This document shows, piece by piece, positions 1-10,087 of a stretch of 17,463 bases of DNA (position 1 is its first letter; every line of letters begins with the position of its first letter). Origin of the DNA: Candidatus Aegiribacteria sp. (GTDB lineage Bacteria; Fermentibacterota; Fermentibacteria; Fermentibacterales; JCC-6); assembly GCA_046498225.1 (NCBI GenBank), contig JAWOBF010000129.1, forward strand, positions 1 to 17,463, given 5' to 3'. A program made the position numbers and the translations under genes. The notes under the pieces are model-generated. The model made no database searches. It was given only the letters and a program-made list of their open reading frames with translations, and was not told the DNA's origin.

Positions 1-622
1 CACCGGAATACCCGGAATGGTGGAAGAGATGGGACTGGGACAGGCGTCAGCCGCACTGTTCGACCTTGGACTTTCGTCACTGCAGCTGGATGACCCGTCG
101 AGAGGATTCTCCTACCGTCATGACAGCCCGCTGGACATGAGATTCGACGACACGAAGGGAGAGACCGCGGCGGAACTCCTGAACAGGCTAACGGAGAAGG
201 AGATAGCGGACATCATCTACAGGTTCGGCCAGGAGGGAAGAAGCAGAAGGATAGCCGGGGCCATAGTCGGGGCAAGACCCCTGGGGAGCTGCCGTGAACT
301 GGCTGACGTTATCGCCGGTTCCGTCCGGGGGGCTTCCATGAAGCTGCTTTCAAGGGTTTTCCAGGCCCTGAGGATTGCGGTGAACAGGGAAATGGAACAG
401 CTGGACACTCTTCTGTCGGAGCTTCACGGCTGGACCGAACCGGGCGCCAGAATTGCCTTCATAACCTTCCATTCCCTGGAGGACAGAAGGATCAAGATGC
501 TGTTCCGGGATGATCCCTCCTACCGCCAGCATTCCCCCAAATGGCTGGTCCCGACGGAGGAGGAGATACGGGCCAACAGCAGGGCCAGGCCGGCGAGACT
601 TCGAATGGGCGTAAGGTCATGA
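1..622 (+). CDS. rsmH: 16S rRNA m4C1402 methyltransferase RsmH (MraW), 5'-truncated by the window edge
   Basis: Frame is open from position 2. Family motifs DLGLSSLQLD, RGFSY..DSPLDMR, RVFQALRIAVNREM and ITFHSLEDR; usual position ahead of ftsL/ftsI. Confidence 0.95.
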   Translation, partial: TGIPGMVEEMGLGQASAALFDLGLSSLQLDDPSRGFSYRHDSPLDMRFDDTKGETAAELLNRLTEKEIADIIYRFGQEGRSRRIAGAIVGARPLGSCRELADVIAGSVRGASMKLLSRVFQALRIAVNREMEQLDTLLSELHGWTEPGARIAFITFHSLEDRRIKMLFRDDPSYRQHSPKWLVPTEEEIRANSRARPARLRMGVRS

Positions 623-933
623 GGACTGGCGTTCGAAGGACGATCGCGGTGGTGGTGGGAGCTCTGCTTCTTCTGCTCATACTGGAGGCCGGCATATACA
701 ACTGGAGGCTGATACTGGCCATGCGGTACAGGAACCTGGCCGAACTCAGCCGTCAGCTGACCTGGCAGAGGGACGAGCTTCTGGTGGAGCGGGCTGCCCT
801 CATGAGTCCCGCCAGGCTCCAGAAAGTGGGTCTGGAACTGGGGCTGGCGCCGGTTCCCCTGGAACGGATATCCGTGTTCCATCCTGACGGCACGCCAGAG
901 GGGGGTGAGATCTATGTCTGCATGGAGCAGTGA
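619..933 (+). CDS. ftsL: Cell division protein FtsL-like (about 104 aa, one TM helix plus coiled coil)
   Basis: ATG at 619 overlaps the rsmH stop (ATGA). Basic N-terminus, hydrophobic IAVVVGALLLLLILEAGIY, leucine heptads and L.SPARL..VG.ELGL pattern; lies between rsmH and ftsI. Confidence 0.8.
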   Translation: MRTGVRRTIAVVVGALLLLLILEAGIYNWRLILAMRYRNLAELSRQLTWQRDELLVERAALMSPARLQKVGLELGLAPVPLERISVFHPDGTPEGGEIYVCMEQ

Positions 934-2629
934 GATATCACCGGAGAGGCGTTCCGCCAGGCTTAAAGTTATCATGATATGCGCATCCATCGGTTTCATC
1001 ATGGTCACCGGCAGACTGGCGAACATTCAGATAGTTCACAGGGAACACTACGCCAGAACAGCCAGCATGCAGCATACCACGCTTATCGATGTTGAGGCGA
1101 GGAGGGGCAGGATACTGGACAGGAACGGCTACCTTCTGGCGGGCAACAGAACGGTTGCCACCTTCCAGGTCTACTGGCCCCATGTCCCGGAGGGGGAAGG
1201 ACCGGCGATAGACAGCCTGATATATGACCTGGAGGGTTCAGCCCTGGTGGAGCCCGGCTGCCTGTCCAACTCGGGCAATCAGATACTGGCCAGGGACGTT
1301 CCATTCGAACAGGCCATGGAGATCATGAACTCCGGTCTCCCCCGGGGTGTGAGCGTCTCTCTGAAGCAGCAGAGGACCTATCCCATGGGAGATCAGGCTT
1401 CCGGGATCCTTGGACGCTTTACGGATGCCGGCTCAGAGGGGATCGAGTACTGGTTCGACCGGGACCTCAGCGGAAGCGACGGCAGGCTCTACATTGAGAA
1501 GAGCGCGACGGGAAGGTACAATCTCATCGACCCGGACGCAGCGAACACTCAGGCTGCGGACGGCCGGGACATCATGCTCACGCTGGACGCCAGGTTCCAG
1601 TGCATAGTCATGGAGGAACTGGAGGACGCGCTGGACAGTTACGGTGGACTGTGGGCAGCCGCCGTGCTCGTGGACCCGTCCAGCGGAGAGATACTGGCCG
1701 CAGGCAGCGTTCCGGTCAGGGCGGACAACGGTGCCCTGGCCATCAACCACTGCTTTCAGGGTTATCACGAGCCAGGCTCGACGTTCAAGGTGGTCACCTA
1801 CGCGGCCTGCATAGAGGAGGGTCTCATAGGTGAAGAGGAGACCTTCAACTGCAGCGACGGATACATCGACGTGGCGGGGGACAGTATATCCGATGCCCAC
1901 AGGCTGGGTGTCCTGAACAGGGACGATATAATCATCAACTCCAGCAACGTGGGTACGGTGCTCCTGTCCCGGGCCCTCACGGATTCAACCCTCGTCAGAT
2001 ACTGCGGCCTGTTCGGTTTCGGCCTGAAGAGCATGGTGGAATACCCCAACGAATCGCGTGGAATTCTCCCGCGTCCCGGGAACAGCGGGTGGTCCGGGGT
2101 CTCGTCCGCCCAGATAGCCATCGGCCAGGAGGTTACGGTAACACCCCTTCAGCTGGCCATGGCCTACAGCGTGATAGCCAACGGGGGGACACTTTTTTAC
2201 CCCAGGCTCCTCGAGGCTACGCGACAGGGCGACGACTGGTTGATGGAGACCTCAATAGCCAGGTCCCATCCCCTCTCTCCCGAAACGGCGTCCATCGTTC
2301 GCCGCACCCTCAGGGCGGTTGTGGAGGAGGGTACCGGCGGCAGCGCCGCTGTTGCCGGGGTAGCCGTGGGCGGCAAGACGGGGACGGCAGAGAGGCTCAG
2401 CGGTGAGTCCGAGTATCTCAGCGCCTTCGTGGGAATGATACCCGCGGAAAATCCCAGTCTGGTCCTGGCGGTGGTTATAGACGGGCCGGAGTACGATTAC
2501 CGGTGGGGAAGCGCCTCCGCCGCGCCGGTCTTCTCCAGAATGGCAACCAGGATAATCTCGGTGGAACCAGGCCTGGCGCTGGGCGCCCCCGGCAGCGACC
2601 CCGACATGATGGCGGGTGTATTCGAATGA
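914..2629 (+). CDS. ftsI: Class B penicillin-binding protein / septal transpeptidase FtsI (PBP3)
   Basis: N-terminal TM anchor, RGRILDRNG, GRDIMLTLD, and active-site motifs SxxK (PGSTFK), SxN (SSNVG) and KTG (GKTGTAE). ATG 914 follows a GGGGGTG SD-like site; GTG 905 is an alternative start. No PASTA tail is evident. Confidence 0.93.
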   Translation: MSAWSSEISPERRSARLKVIMICASIGFIMVTGRLANIQIVHREHYARTASMQHTTLIDVEARRGRILDRNGYLLAGNRTVATFQVYWPHVPEGEGPAIDSLIYDLEGSALVEPGCLSNSGNQILARDVPFEQAMEIMNSGLPRGVSVSLKQQRTYPMGDQASGILGRFTDAGSEGIEYWFDRDLSGSDGRLYIEKSATGRYNLIDPDAANTQAADGRDIMLTLDARFQCIVMEELEDALDSYGGLWAAAVLVDPSSGEILAAGSVPVRADNGALAINHCFQGYHEPGSTFKVVTYAACIEEGLIGEEETFNCSDGYIDVAGDSISDAHRLGVLNRDDIIINSSNVGTVLLSRALTDSTLVRYCGLFGFGLKSMVEYPNESRGILPRPGNSGWSGVSSAQIAIGQEVTVTPLQLAMAYSVIANGGTLFYPRLLEATRQGDDWLMETSIARSHPLSPETASIVRRTLRAVVEEGTGGSAAVAGVAVGGKTGTAERLSGESEYLSAFVGMIPAENPSLVLAVVIDGPEYDYRWGSASAAPVFSRMATRIISVEPGLALGAPGSDPDMMAGVFE

Positions 2630-4074
2630 AACTGAGGAAGGTTCTGAGTGGCACCGGCGTCAGCATTCCAGAGGAGCTGGCCGGAGTGGAGATAGATTCC
2701 GTAGTGGAGGATTCTAGGCAGGCCGGTCCCGGAAGCCTTTTCGTGGCCGTAAGGGGATTCGTCACCGACGGCCACCTTTTCGTGGACCAGGCAATCACGA
2801 ACGGTGCCGCCGCGGTGGTGGCGGAAAGCCCGGTCACGGATGACCCCAGGGTTCTGATCAATCCCGATGGGGATAACAGGGAACTGCTGTCGCTGATATC
2901 TGCCGCGTTCTACAGCAGTCCGTGGAATGAGCTGGTCACCTTCGGAATAACCGGCACCAACGGCAAGACATCCACGGCCAGGATGCTTCGGTGGATAATG
3001 GAGAAAACAGGCACGCGAACGGGGCTGATGGGAACCATCGGACACATTGTGGGCGGCCGGGAGGTGGGGGCGACCATGACCACGCCGGGAGCCCTGGAAG
3101 TGGCCGGCATGATGAGACGCATGGTGGAAGCGGGCGACGAATGCTGCGTCATGGAAGTGTCCAGCCATGCCCTTTCGCTGAAGCGGGTGGACAGCGTGGA
3201 ATTCGACGCGGCGGTGTTCACCAACATCAGCCAGGACCACCTTGATTACCATTCGGACATGCGGGAGTACCTGGAATGCAAGCTTCACCTTTTCGATCTG
3301 CTCAAAACCGGAGGCAGTTCGATAGTGGGAACCTACTCCAGCGGTTTTCCCGATGTGGACGGTGCCCTGACCTTCGGTCTCCGGGAATGTGACGACTACC
3401 GGATTACCGGCATCGAGGCATCCCTGGGCGGGATATCCTTCCATCTTCACTGCCGGGGTTCCGCAGTTCCGGTGCGCGTGGGAGTTCCGGGAAGGTTCAA
3501 CGTCTTCAACGCGGCCGGCGCGCTGGCCGCTGCCGTCGAGAGAGGCGTCGACCCGCGGGAGGCCGCGGCGTCCCTGAAGGATTTTCCAGGCGTTCCCGGA
3601 AGGTTCCAGCCGGTGGACCTGGGACAGGATTTCCTGGTGGCGGTGGATTACGCCCATACGCCCGACGCTCTGCGGAACGTGCTGCAGCAGGCGTCGGCGG
3701 TGACGAAGAACAGGGTCATAGCGGTATTCGGAGCCGGGGGGGACAGGGACTCGGCCAAGCGTCCCGTCATGGGAAGAATAGCGGGAGAGCTGGCTGATGT
3801 GGTGATAGTGACCAGCGACAATCCCAGGACCGAGGACCCCGAAGATATCATAAACCAGATAATGGCGGGTTTTTCCCCGGATGTCACCGGAAGGGTTGTC
3901 GTCGAGGCGGACAGGAGGACGGCCATACGAAGGGCGATCAGGGCCGCCCGCGGCGGCGATGTGGTGATAATCGCCGGGAAGGGTCACGAGGACTACCAGA
4001 TACTGGGGCGGAAGAAGATACATTTCGATGACCGTGAAGAGGCGGCCGCCGCTCTCAGAGAGGTGATGGAATGA
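2626..4074 (+). CDS. murE: UDP-MurNAc-dipeptide:meso-diaminopimelate ligase MurE
   Basis: GITGTNGKTS P-loop, MEVSSHAL, FTNISQDHLDYH, VDYAHTPDAL, SDNPRTE (DNPR is typical of mDAP-adding enzymes) and IAGKGHEDYQ. ATG 2626 overlaps the ftsI stop (ATGA). Confidence 0.96.
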   Translation: MKLRKVLSGTGVSIPEELAGVEIDSVVEDSRQAGPGSLFVAVRGFVTDGHLFVDQAITNGAAAVVAESPVTDDPRVLINPDGDNRELLSLISAAFYSSPWNELVTFGITGTNGKTSTARMLRWIMEKTGTRTGLMGTIGHIVGGREVGATMTTPGALEVAGMMRRMVEAGDECCVMEVSSHALSLKRVDSVEFDAAVFTNISQDHLDYHSDMREYLECKLHLFDLLKTGGSSIVGTYSSGFPDVDGALTFGLRECDDYRITGIEASLGGISFHLHCRGSAVPVRVGVPGRFNVFNAAGALAAAVERGVDPREAAASLKDFPGVPGRFQPVDLGQDFLVAVDYAHTPDALRNVLQQASAVTKNRVIAVFGAGGDRDSAKRPVMGRIAGELADVVIVTSDNPRTEDPEDIINQIMAGFSPDVTGRVVVEADRRTAIRRAIRAARGGDVVIIAGKGHEDYQILGRKKIHFDDREEAAAALREVME

Positions 4075-5387
4075 TGCGCCTGGGAGACGTGGCAAGGGCC
4101 ACCGGTGGATGGGTCTCCCCGGAAAGCGCCCAGAGGGTGGTTGCGGATTGTGTCATCGACTCCAGAAAAGCCGGGAAGGGATCTCTCTTCTTCGCCCTGG
4201 AAGGGATCCATACAGACGGACATGCCTTCGTTGACGATGTCCTGCGGAAAGACGGCATGGCAGTGGTTTCCCGCGGGGAGCGCCGCCGGGATACGGTTGT
4301 CGTTCAGAGCGTGGAGAAAGCGCTTCTGGACGCCGCGGAATGGAAACGTGGCACCATAGGGTCGAAGGTAGTAGCCATAACCGGTTCCAGCGGCAAGACG
4401 ACCACCAGGAGACTCCTGATCTCCGCCCTCGAGTGCCGGTACACCGTATACGGTACCACCGGGAACCTGAACAATCATATCGGCCTGCCACTGGTGCTTC
4501 TCAACGCGCCGGAGAAGGATGCCGACCTGATGGTCCTGGAGATGGGAATGAACCACGCCGGGGAGCTTCTGGTGCTGGGAGGGGTTTCCAGGCCCCACCA
4601 CTGCCTGATAACCAACATAGGCAGAGCCCACATGGAATTCTTCACATCGGTAGACGGTGTGGCAAGAGCAAAGGCCGAGGTCATAAGGACCACGGCTCCC
4701 GGAGGTTTCTGCGTGATACCCGAAGGGGAGGATATCCTGAGCAGGACCGCGGAAGAGCGGGGCCTCGATATCAGCAGTTTCGGGCCCGGAGGGGATGTAT
4801 GGCTGGATATCGATGACTGCGGCTCATGTGTTCTTGAACCCTGGAACATTGGAATGAGGCTGGCACTCAGCGGCCGTCACAACTGCGTCAACGCCATGGC
4901 CGCAGCCCTGATGGGTCAAAGGCTGGGCGTGAATCCGGAAGACGCGGTACGGGCCATGGAGGGACTGTCCCCCTCCGGGGGCAGAGGACGCATCCTGAGG
5001 ACGGATGGACTGGTGATACTGGACGAGAGCTACAACGCCAACCCCGACTCGACCCTGGTTTGCCTTGACGTCCTGGGCACCGCTGAGGGAAACAGGGCCG
5101 CTGTTCTGGGCGACATGTACGAACTGGGGGAAAGGGCGCCGGAGTACCACAGGGAAGTGCTGATGAGGGCAGAGGAGATTGGTCTGGACCTGCTGATACT
5201 CACAGGGAGCATCTACGCCTCGCAGCTGGAGAAGACGGGGCTCACCGGCGCCGTGACAGCCGCCGACTGGCGGGAGGCCCTGACGGCGCTGAGGGAGAGA
5301 GCTCCCCGGCCCTGCACCGTACTGGTGAAGGGATCGAACGCGATGGAACTGGGCCGGCTGGTCAGAGCCCTGGAAGAGGTGGACTGA
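4071..5387 (+). CDS. murF: UDP-MurNAc-tripeptide:D-Ala-D-Ala ligase MurF
   Basis: AITGSSGKTTT, GNLNNHIGLP, LEMGMNHAGE, NIGRAHMEFF, SYNANPDS, VLGDMYELG and LVKGS motifs; ATGA overlap with murE. Confidence 0.96.
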   Translation: MMRLGDVARATGGWVSPESAQRVVADCVIDSRKAGKGSLFFALEGIHTDGHAFVDDVLRKDGMAVVSRGERRRDTVVVQSVEKALLDAAEWKRGTIGSKVVAITGSSGKTTTRRLLISALECRYTVYGTTGNLNNHIGLPLVLLNAPEKDADLMVLEMGMNHAGELLVLGGVSRPHHCLITNIGRAHMEFFTSVDGVARAKAEVIRTTAPGGFCVIPEGEDILSRTAEERGLDISSFGPGGDVWLDIDDCGSCVLEPWNIGMRLALSGRHNCVNAMAAALMGQRLGVNPEDAVRAMEGLSPSGGRGRILRTDGLVILDESYNANPDSTLVCLDVLGTAEGNRAAVLGDMYELGERAPEYHREVLMRAEEIGLDLLILTGSIYASQLEKTGLTGAVTAADWREALTALRERAPRPCTVLVKGSNAMELGRLVRALEEVD

Positions 5388-6547
5388 TGCTTTACTGGAT
5401 CCTGTATCCGCTGAGGGAGACTTCAACTTTCTTCAACCTGTTCGGCTACATAACTTTCAGAGCTGCAGGGGCCACCTTCACCGCTCTTCTCGTGGCCTTC
5501 CTGGCCGGCCCCGCGGTTATACGCTTTCTTCGAAAGCATCAGATAGGGCAGACGGTGAGGGATGACGGGCCCCGGACCCATCTCAGCAAGGAGGGCACCC
5601 CCACCATGGGCGGACTGCTGATACTCATATCGGTGCTGCTGCCGGTGCTGATCTGGGGCAGGCTGGACAACCATCTTCTGATGGTGGTGCTGATATCTAC
5701 CATATGGATGGGTCTGATAGGCCTGCTGGACGATTATCTCAAAGTGGTGAGGCACTGCTCTAAGGGTCTGGTGGGCAGGTACAAGCTGGCCGGTCAGTTC
5801 GTGCTGGGAATTGCCATGGGTGTCTGGCTCTGCTTCAGCCCGGTGCTTCCGGGACAGGCGGATGCGGACCCCGCCGTCTTTCCATCTGTAAGGACCATCG
5901 ACCTTGATTCTTCCCAGGGCATAGACATCAGGTCCACTGAGACCACGGTCCCGTTCTTCAAGAGCATCAGGGTGGACCTGGGACTGCTTTACATTCTCTT
6001 CGTGGCGGTTGTCCTGGCCGGGACGGCCAACGCGGTAAACCTCACCGACGGTCTGGACGGGCTGGCTACGGGAGTAAGCCTGATATCGATACTTACCTTT
6101 GCCGCAATGGCATACCTTCTGGGAAACGTCAATTTCGCCGGCTATCTCCAGTTCTCCTACCTCCCCGGCGTGGGAGAGGTGCTCGTCTTCGCCGGGGCCA
6201 TGGCCGGTGCCTGTCTGGGTTTTCTGTGGTTCAACGCCCCGCCTGCCGCGGTATTCATGGGCGATACCGGTTCCCTGGCGCTGGGGGGAGCTATAGGGTC
6301 CATGGCGGTGGTCACCAGGAATGAACTGCTTCTATTCCTGGTGGGAGGGGTGTTCGTGGCGGAGGTGCTGAGCGTGATCCTTCAGGTGGGCTGGTACAAG
6401 AGGACCGGCAGAAGAGTGTTTCGAATGGCGCCCATCCACCACCATTTCGAACTGATGGGGTGGAGGGAGAGCAAAGTGGTGGTGAGGTTCTGGATTATCG
6501 CGGCCATACTGGGTCTGCTGGGACTGACCACACTCAAGATAAGGTGA
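5387..6547 (+). CDS. mraY: Phospho-N-acetylmuramoyl-pentapeptide transferase MraY
   Basis: K.GTPTMGG, DDYLK, NAVNLTDGLDGLA, FMGDTGSLALG and MAPIHHHFEL motifs; multiple TM segments; TGATG overlap with murF. Confidence 0.97.
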   Translation: MLYWILYPLRETSTFFNLFGYITFRAAGATFTALLVAFLAGPAVIRFLRKHQIGQTVRDDGPRTHLSKEGTPTMGGLLILISVLLPVLIWGRLDNHLLMVVLISTIWMGLIGLLDDYLKVVRHCSKGLVGRYKLAGQFVLGIAMGVWLCFSPVLPGQADADPAVFPSVRTIDLDSSQGIDIRSTETTVPFFKSIRVDLGLLYILFVAVVLAGTANAVNLTDGLDGLATGVSLISILTFAAMAYLLGNVNFAGYLQFSYLPGVGEVLVFAGAMAGACLGFLWFNAPPAAVFMGDTGSLALGGAIGSMAVVTRNELLLFLVGGVFVAEVLSVILQVGWYKRTGRRVFRMAPIHHHFELMGWRESKVVVRFWIIAAILGLLGLTTLKIR

Positions 6548-6549
6548 AA

Positions 6550-7890
6550 ATGGGCTACTGGACTGACGGAGACAAGCGCATAGGAGTTATGGGGCTCGGA
6601 AGGAGCGGCAGGGCCGCAGCCGCCCTGCTTAAGCGGAGGGGTTTCACCGTACTGGGACTGGACAGCGGCCCGAGTGTGGCCGAATGCGGTGACTGCCACG
6701 CGACAGTAACAGGCGACGAGGGGATTCTGGAATCCCTGGAGGACCTCGACGGGATTGTCATCAGCCCCGGTGTGGATCCCCGCTCAGCTGTTCCCGCGGC
6801 GGCCGGTGAACTGGGAATTCCTGTGATAGGTGAGATCGAGCTGGCCTTCCGGAATTCTGACATTCCCGTGCTGACCGTCACCGGATCCAACGGGAAGACC
6901 ACTACGGCGGAGTGGCTGGCCTGGACCCTGCGCAGGGCCGGGCTGGACTCCGTTGCCGCCGGGAACACCGGTTACCCTTACAGTACCGCGGTCATGGAGC
7001 GACCTGAAGCCGACGTGGTTTCACTGGAGGTCAGCAGCTACCAGCTTCAGACGGTGGAGACCTTCCGACCCTCCGGCGCAGCGATACTGAACATTACGCC
7101 GGACCATCTGCAGAGGCACGGCAGTATAACCGGGTACCTGAACGCCAAGGCCAGGATCTTCATGAACCAGCATGATGATGACGTGCTGGTGCTTAACAGG
7201 GACGATCCCGGCTCGGTCCCATTGTTCGGAAGGACCTCCGGACTGGAATGGCACTTCGGCATCGGTGAGAGGGTGGAGACCGGAGCGTTCGTCGAGAATG
7301 GCGGGATCTACCTCTCCGGCGCCTTCGGGTTGACCAGGGTCATGGATACCGAAGGTCTGTCCCTTCCCGGTGAGCATAACCTGTCCAACGCTCTGGTCGT
7401 GGTATGTCTGGCTGCGAAGGAGGGGCTGGAACCCGACCGGATGGTGGAGGGGCTGTCAACGTTCCCCGGAGTACCCCACCGGATAGAGTGGATAAGGGAG
7501 CTGGAAGGCGTCTCGTTCATCAACGATTCCAAGTCCACCAATCCCGACTCGCTGAAAGTCGCCCTTGAAAGTTTCAACCGCCCGGTGATACTCATCGCGG
7601 GCGGTCTGGCCAAGGATACCGATTACAGGCATCTGCGGCCTCTGATAAGTGAACGGGTGAAGGGTCTGATACTGATCGGCGAAGCTTCGGAAGAACTTTT
7701 CGACAGCTGGTCCGGAACGGCCCCCCTCTGGCGCGAGGGCGGCATGGAGGAGGCTGTGGCCAGGGCCAGGCGCGAAGCGGAACCGGGTGACGTGGTCCTC
7801 CTGTCCCCGGGGTGCGCCAGCTTCGATCAGTACTCGAACTTCGAGGAACGGGGAGAGCATTACAGGAAACTGGTGAAGGAGCTGAAGTGA
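6550..7890 (+). CDS. murD: UDP-MurNAc-L-Ala:D-Glu ligase MurD
   Basis: GLGRSG, ISPGV, TGSNGKTTT, EVSSYQL, NITPDHL.RH, NDSKSTN and LLSPGCASFDQY.NFEERG motifs. Likely start is ATG 6550 (after AAGGTG), not the ORF-track 6460. Confidence 0.96.
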   Translation: MGYWTDGDKRIGVMGLGRSGRAAAALLKRRGFTVLGLDSGPSVAECGDCHATVTGDEGILESLEDLDGIVISPGVDPRSAVPAAAGELGIPVIGEIELAFRNSDIPVLTVTGSNGKTTTAEWLAWTLRRAGLDSVAAGNTGYPYSTAVMERPEADVVSLEVSSYQLQTVETFRPSGAAILNITPDHLQRHGSITGYLNAKARIFMNQHDDDVLVLNRDDPGSVPLFGRTSGLEWHFGIGERVETGAFVENGGIYLSGAFGLTRVMDTEGLSLPGEHNLSNALVVVCLAAKEGLEPDRMVEGLSTFPGVPHRIEWIRELEGVSFINDSKSTNPDSLKVALESFNRPVILIAGGLAKDTDYRHLRPLISERVKGLILIGEASEELFDSWSGTAPLWREGGMEEAVARARREAEPGDVVLLSPGCASFDQYSNFEERGEHYRKLVKELK

Positions 7891-9008
7891 GGAACCTCAG
7901 ACCGGCCGGAGCTAGAAAGGTGATGCTGATATCGGCGGCGCTCCTGCTCGTGTTCGGGGCGCTGGCGGTGTTTACCGCCAGCTCCTTCAAGTCGCTGCTG
8001 CTCTCCGGGTCCGAATCCAGCACTCTGTTTCTGGTGCCCCATATAAGGAAGATAATCATGGGTGTTGTGGCGGGACTGCTCCTGTACACGGTTCCTCAGC
8101 AGCTGCTGAAGAAGTCCGCGCCCTTCCTCTACGGCATCTCACTCGTTCTGCTGGCGGCTGTGCTTCTACTCAGAGGTTCCCCGTGGGTACCCGTGCTGAA
8201 CGGTTCCGCCAGATGGCTGTTCCTGCCCGGCGGGTTCAGCGTCATGCCCTCGGAACTGGCCAGGGCCGCCTATGTCATACTGGCCGCCTCACTCCTGTCC
8301 ACCGGTGCGATCCGCGCCAGGACAGGTCCAGGTGTAACGTGGCTGGCATTGACAGCGCTGGTTCCCGCCACCCTGGTGGCGTTTCAGCCGGACTTCGCGG
8401 GCGGCATGTACATTCTTCTGGTGATGCTGGTGATGCTGTTCCTGGCCGAGGCCAGGTTCATGGATATTCTGGTCCTGCTCCTTATAATGCTGGCCTTCGC
8501 CACCGTGGTGGTCTTCTCCTCCGAGTACCGGAGGGACAGGCTGGCCAGCTGGTTCTCTCCCGAGGAGGCGGCGGAGGCATCCAACTACCAGCCGGAGCAG
8601 GCATGCATAGCTCTGGGGAGCGGGGGCCTGATGGGCAGGGGCATCGGCAGGGGAAGGCAGCAGCGGGGTTTCCTGCCGGAGGCCTTCTCCGATTACATCC
8701 TCGCCGTGATAGGGGAGGAGACCGGTTTTCTGGGCGTTGTGCTGATACTCGTGCTCCTGTTCTTCCTTTTGATGTCCGGGTGGGTGATAGCGGAAAAGGC
8801 CGATAACCTCTTCGGCTACCTGGTGGCGGGAGGCCTGATGTCATCCATAGCCATCGGCATGTTCATTCACATCGCCGTGGTGACCAGGATATTTCCCTCC
8901 ACCGGAATGCCGCTTCCCCTGGTCTCATGGGGCGGGTCCAACCTGATAGTGACGCTGGGCAGCCTGGGAATAGTTTCCAGGGTGGCAAGGGAGGGGCTGG
9001 AGAAATGA
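7887..9008 (+). CDS. ftsW: SEDS peptidoglycan glycosyltransferase FtsW
   Basis: Polytopic membrane protein with NGSARWL, PSELAR, QPDF, GSGGLMGRG.G, LPEAFSDYILAVIGEE and TGMPLPLVSWGGS. GTG 7887 overlaps the murD stop (GTGA) after AAGGAG; lies between murD and murG. Confidence 0.93.
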   Translation: MRNLRPAGARKVMLISAALLLVFGALAVFTASSFKSLLLSGSESSTLFLVPHIRKIIMGVVAGLLLYTVPQQLLKKSAPFLYGISLVLLAAVLLLRGSPWVPVLNGSARWLFLPGGFSVMPSELARAAYVILAASLLSTGAIRARTGPGVTWLALTALVPATLVAFQPDFAGGMYILLVMLVMLFLAEARFMDILVLLLIMLAFATVVVFSSEYRRDRLASWFSPEEAAEASNYQPEQACIALGSGGLMGRGIGRGRQQRGFLPEAFSDYILAVIGEETGFLGVVLILVLLFFLLMSGWVIAEKADNLFGYLVAGGLMSSIAIGMFIHIAVVTRIFPSTGMPLPLVSWGGSNLIVTLGSLGIVSRVAREGLEK

Positions 9009-10087
9009 GACTTACCATAGCTGGCGGAGGAACCGGCGGGCACATCAGTCCAGCCATCGCCGTGGCGGAAGCGTTCAGGGAGATCAGGCCCGGGACGGAT
9101 ATCACTTTCATCTCAACTCCGCGGCCGGTGGACAGCCGGATGTACGCCCCGTACGGCGAGGCGGTACATGTCATGCGCCCCCCGAGGATCGACCGCGGAC
9201 TCACCGATATGGTTTTTTTCCCGTTCAGGGCGGTGCGCGAGTACGCCGCGGCTAGAAGACTTCTGGGGAGGATAGGTCCCGACGTACTTTTCGCCACCGG
9301 CGGGTATCCATCCTTCTTCCCCATCCTGGCGGCCGGGAGCCTGGGGATACCATCTGCCATACATGAATCCAACAGCGTACCCGGCAGGGCCAACCGGGTG
9401 GCGTCCCGCTTCGCGGACCTGGTGATGACCGGTTTCCGTTCGGCTTCCGACAGGTTCGGCGGGGAAGCCGTCTATACCGGCAACCCCGTCAGGTCCTCCA
9501 TGAAGCGCTACGATAGGTCCCGTGCCAGGACGGAACTGGGCATACCCAAGAAGGCCCCGGTAGTGCTTTTCCTGGGCGGGAGCCAGGGCGCCAGGGCATT
9601 GAACGATATGGCCCTGGAGGTGCCGGAAGGCGTGCACCTGCTCCTTCAGTGCGGCTCCAGGGACCTGGAGAGGGTGCGCGGCCTCTCTTCCGGAATTCAC
9701 CGAGTGAAGATATTCGATTTCATAGATGATCCCGCACTCCTCTATTCGGCGGCGGACGTGGCGGTGGCCCGCTCCGGCGCCATGACGGTTGCCGAACTGA
9801 CCTGGTTCAGGCTGCCTTCGGTCTACGTCCCCTATCCATTTGCCGCCGATGACCACCAGCGAGGGAACGCCCGGGAGATCGTACGGGGGGGTGGAGCCCT
9901 GATGGCGGACCAGAATTCAACAACCGGAAAGGAACTGTGGAAACAGGTTTCCCTTCTGCTTGCCCGTCCCGATAAACTCGAGGGAATGAGGAAGAAGCTG
10001 AAGACCATGATGGAGGAGAACCCCGCTTTCATCATAGCCGGGAAACTGGCCGAAATGGGTTCGGGAGAGGGGGTCATGAATGGCTGA
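9005..10087 (+). CDS. murG: Lipid I GlcNAc transferase MurG
   Basis: AGGGTGGHISPA, TGGYPS, HESNSVPGRAN, TGNPVR, LGGSQGA, RSGAMTVAEL and PYPFAADDHQ..NA motifs. ATG 9005 overlaps the ftsW stop. Confidence 0.96.
   Translation: MRLTIAGGGTGGHISPAIAVAEAFREIRPGTDITFISTPRPVDSRMYAPYGEAVHVMRPPRIDRGLTDMVFFPFRAVREYAAARRLLGRIGPDVLFATGGYPSFFPILAAGSLGIPSAIHESNSVPGRANRVASRFADLVMTGFRSASDRFGGEAVYTGNPVRSSMKRYDRSRARTELGIPKKAPVVLFLGGSQGARALNDMALEVPEGVHLLLQCGSRDLERVRGLSSGIHRVKIFDFIDDPALLYSAADVAVARSGAMTVAELTWFRLPSVYVPYPFAADDHQRGNAREIVRGGGALMADQNSTTGKELWKQVSLLLARPDKLEGMRKKLKTMMEENPAFIIAGKLAEMGSGEGVMNG

Noticed and set aside
2497..4095. 532-aa antisense ORF, and the many other antisense or alternate-frame ORFs over the dcw genes
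   Set aside because: They lie wholly over well-supported genes, have no recognisable motifs, and are expected shadows of GC-rich codon usage.
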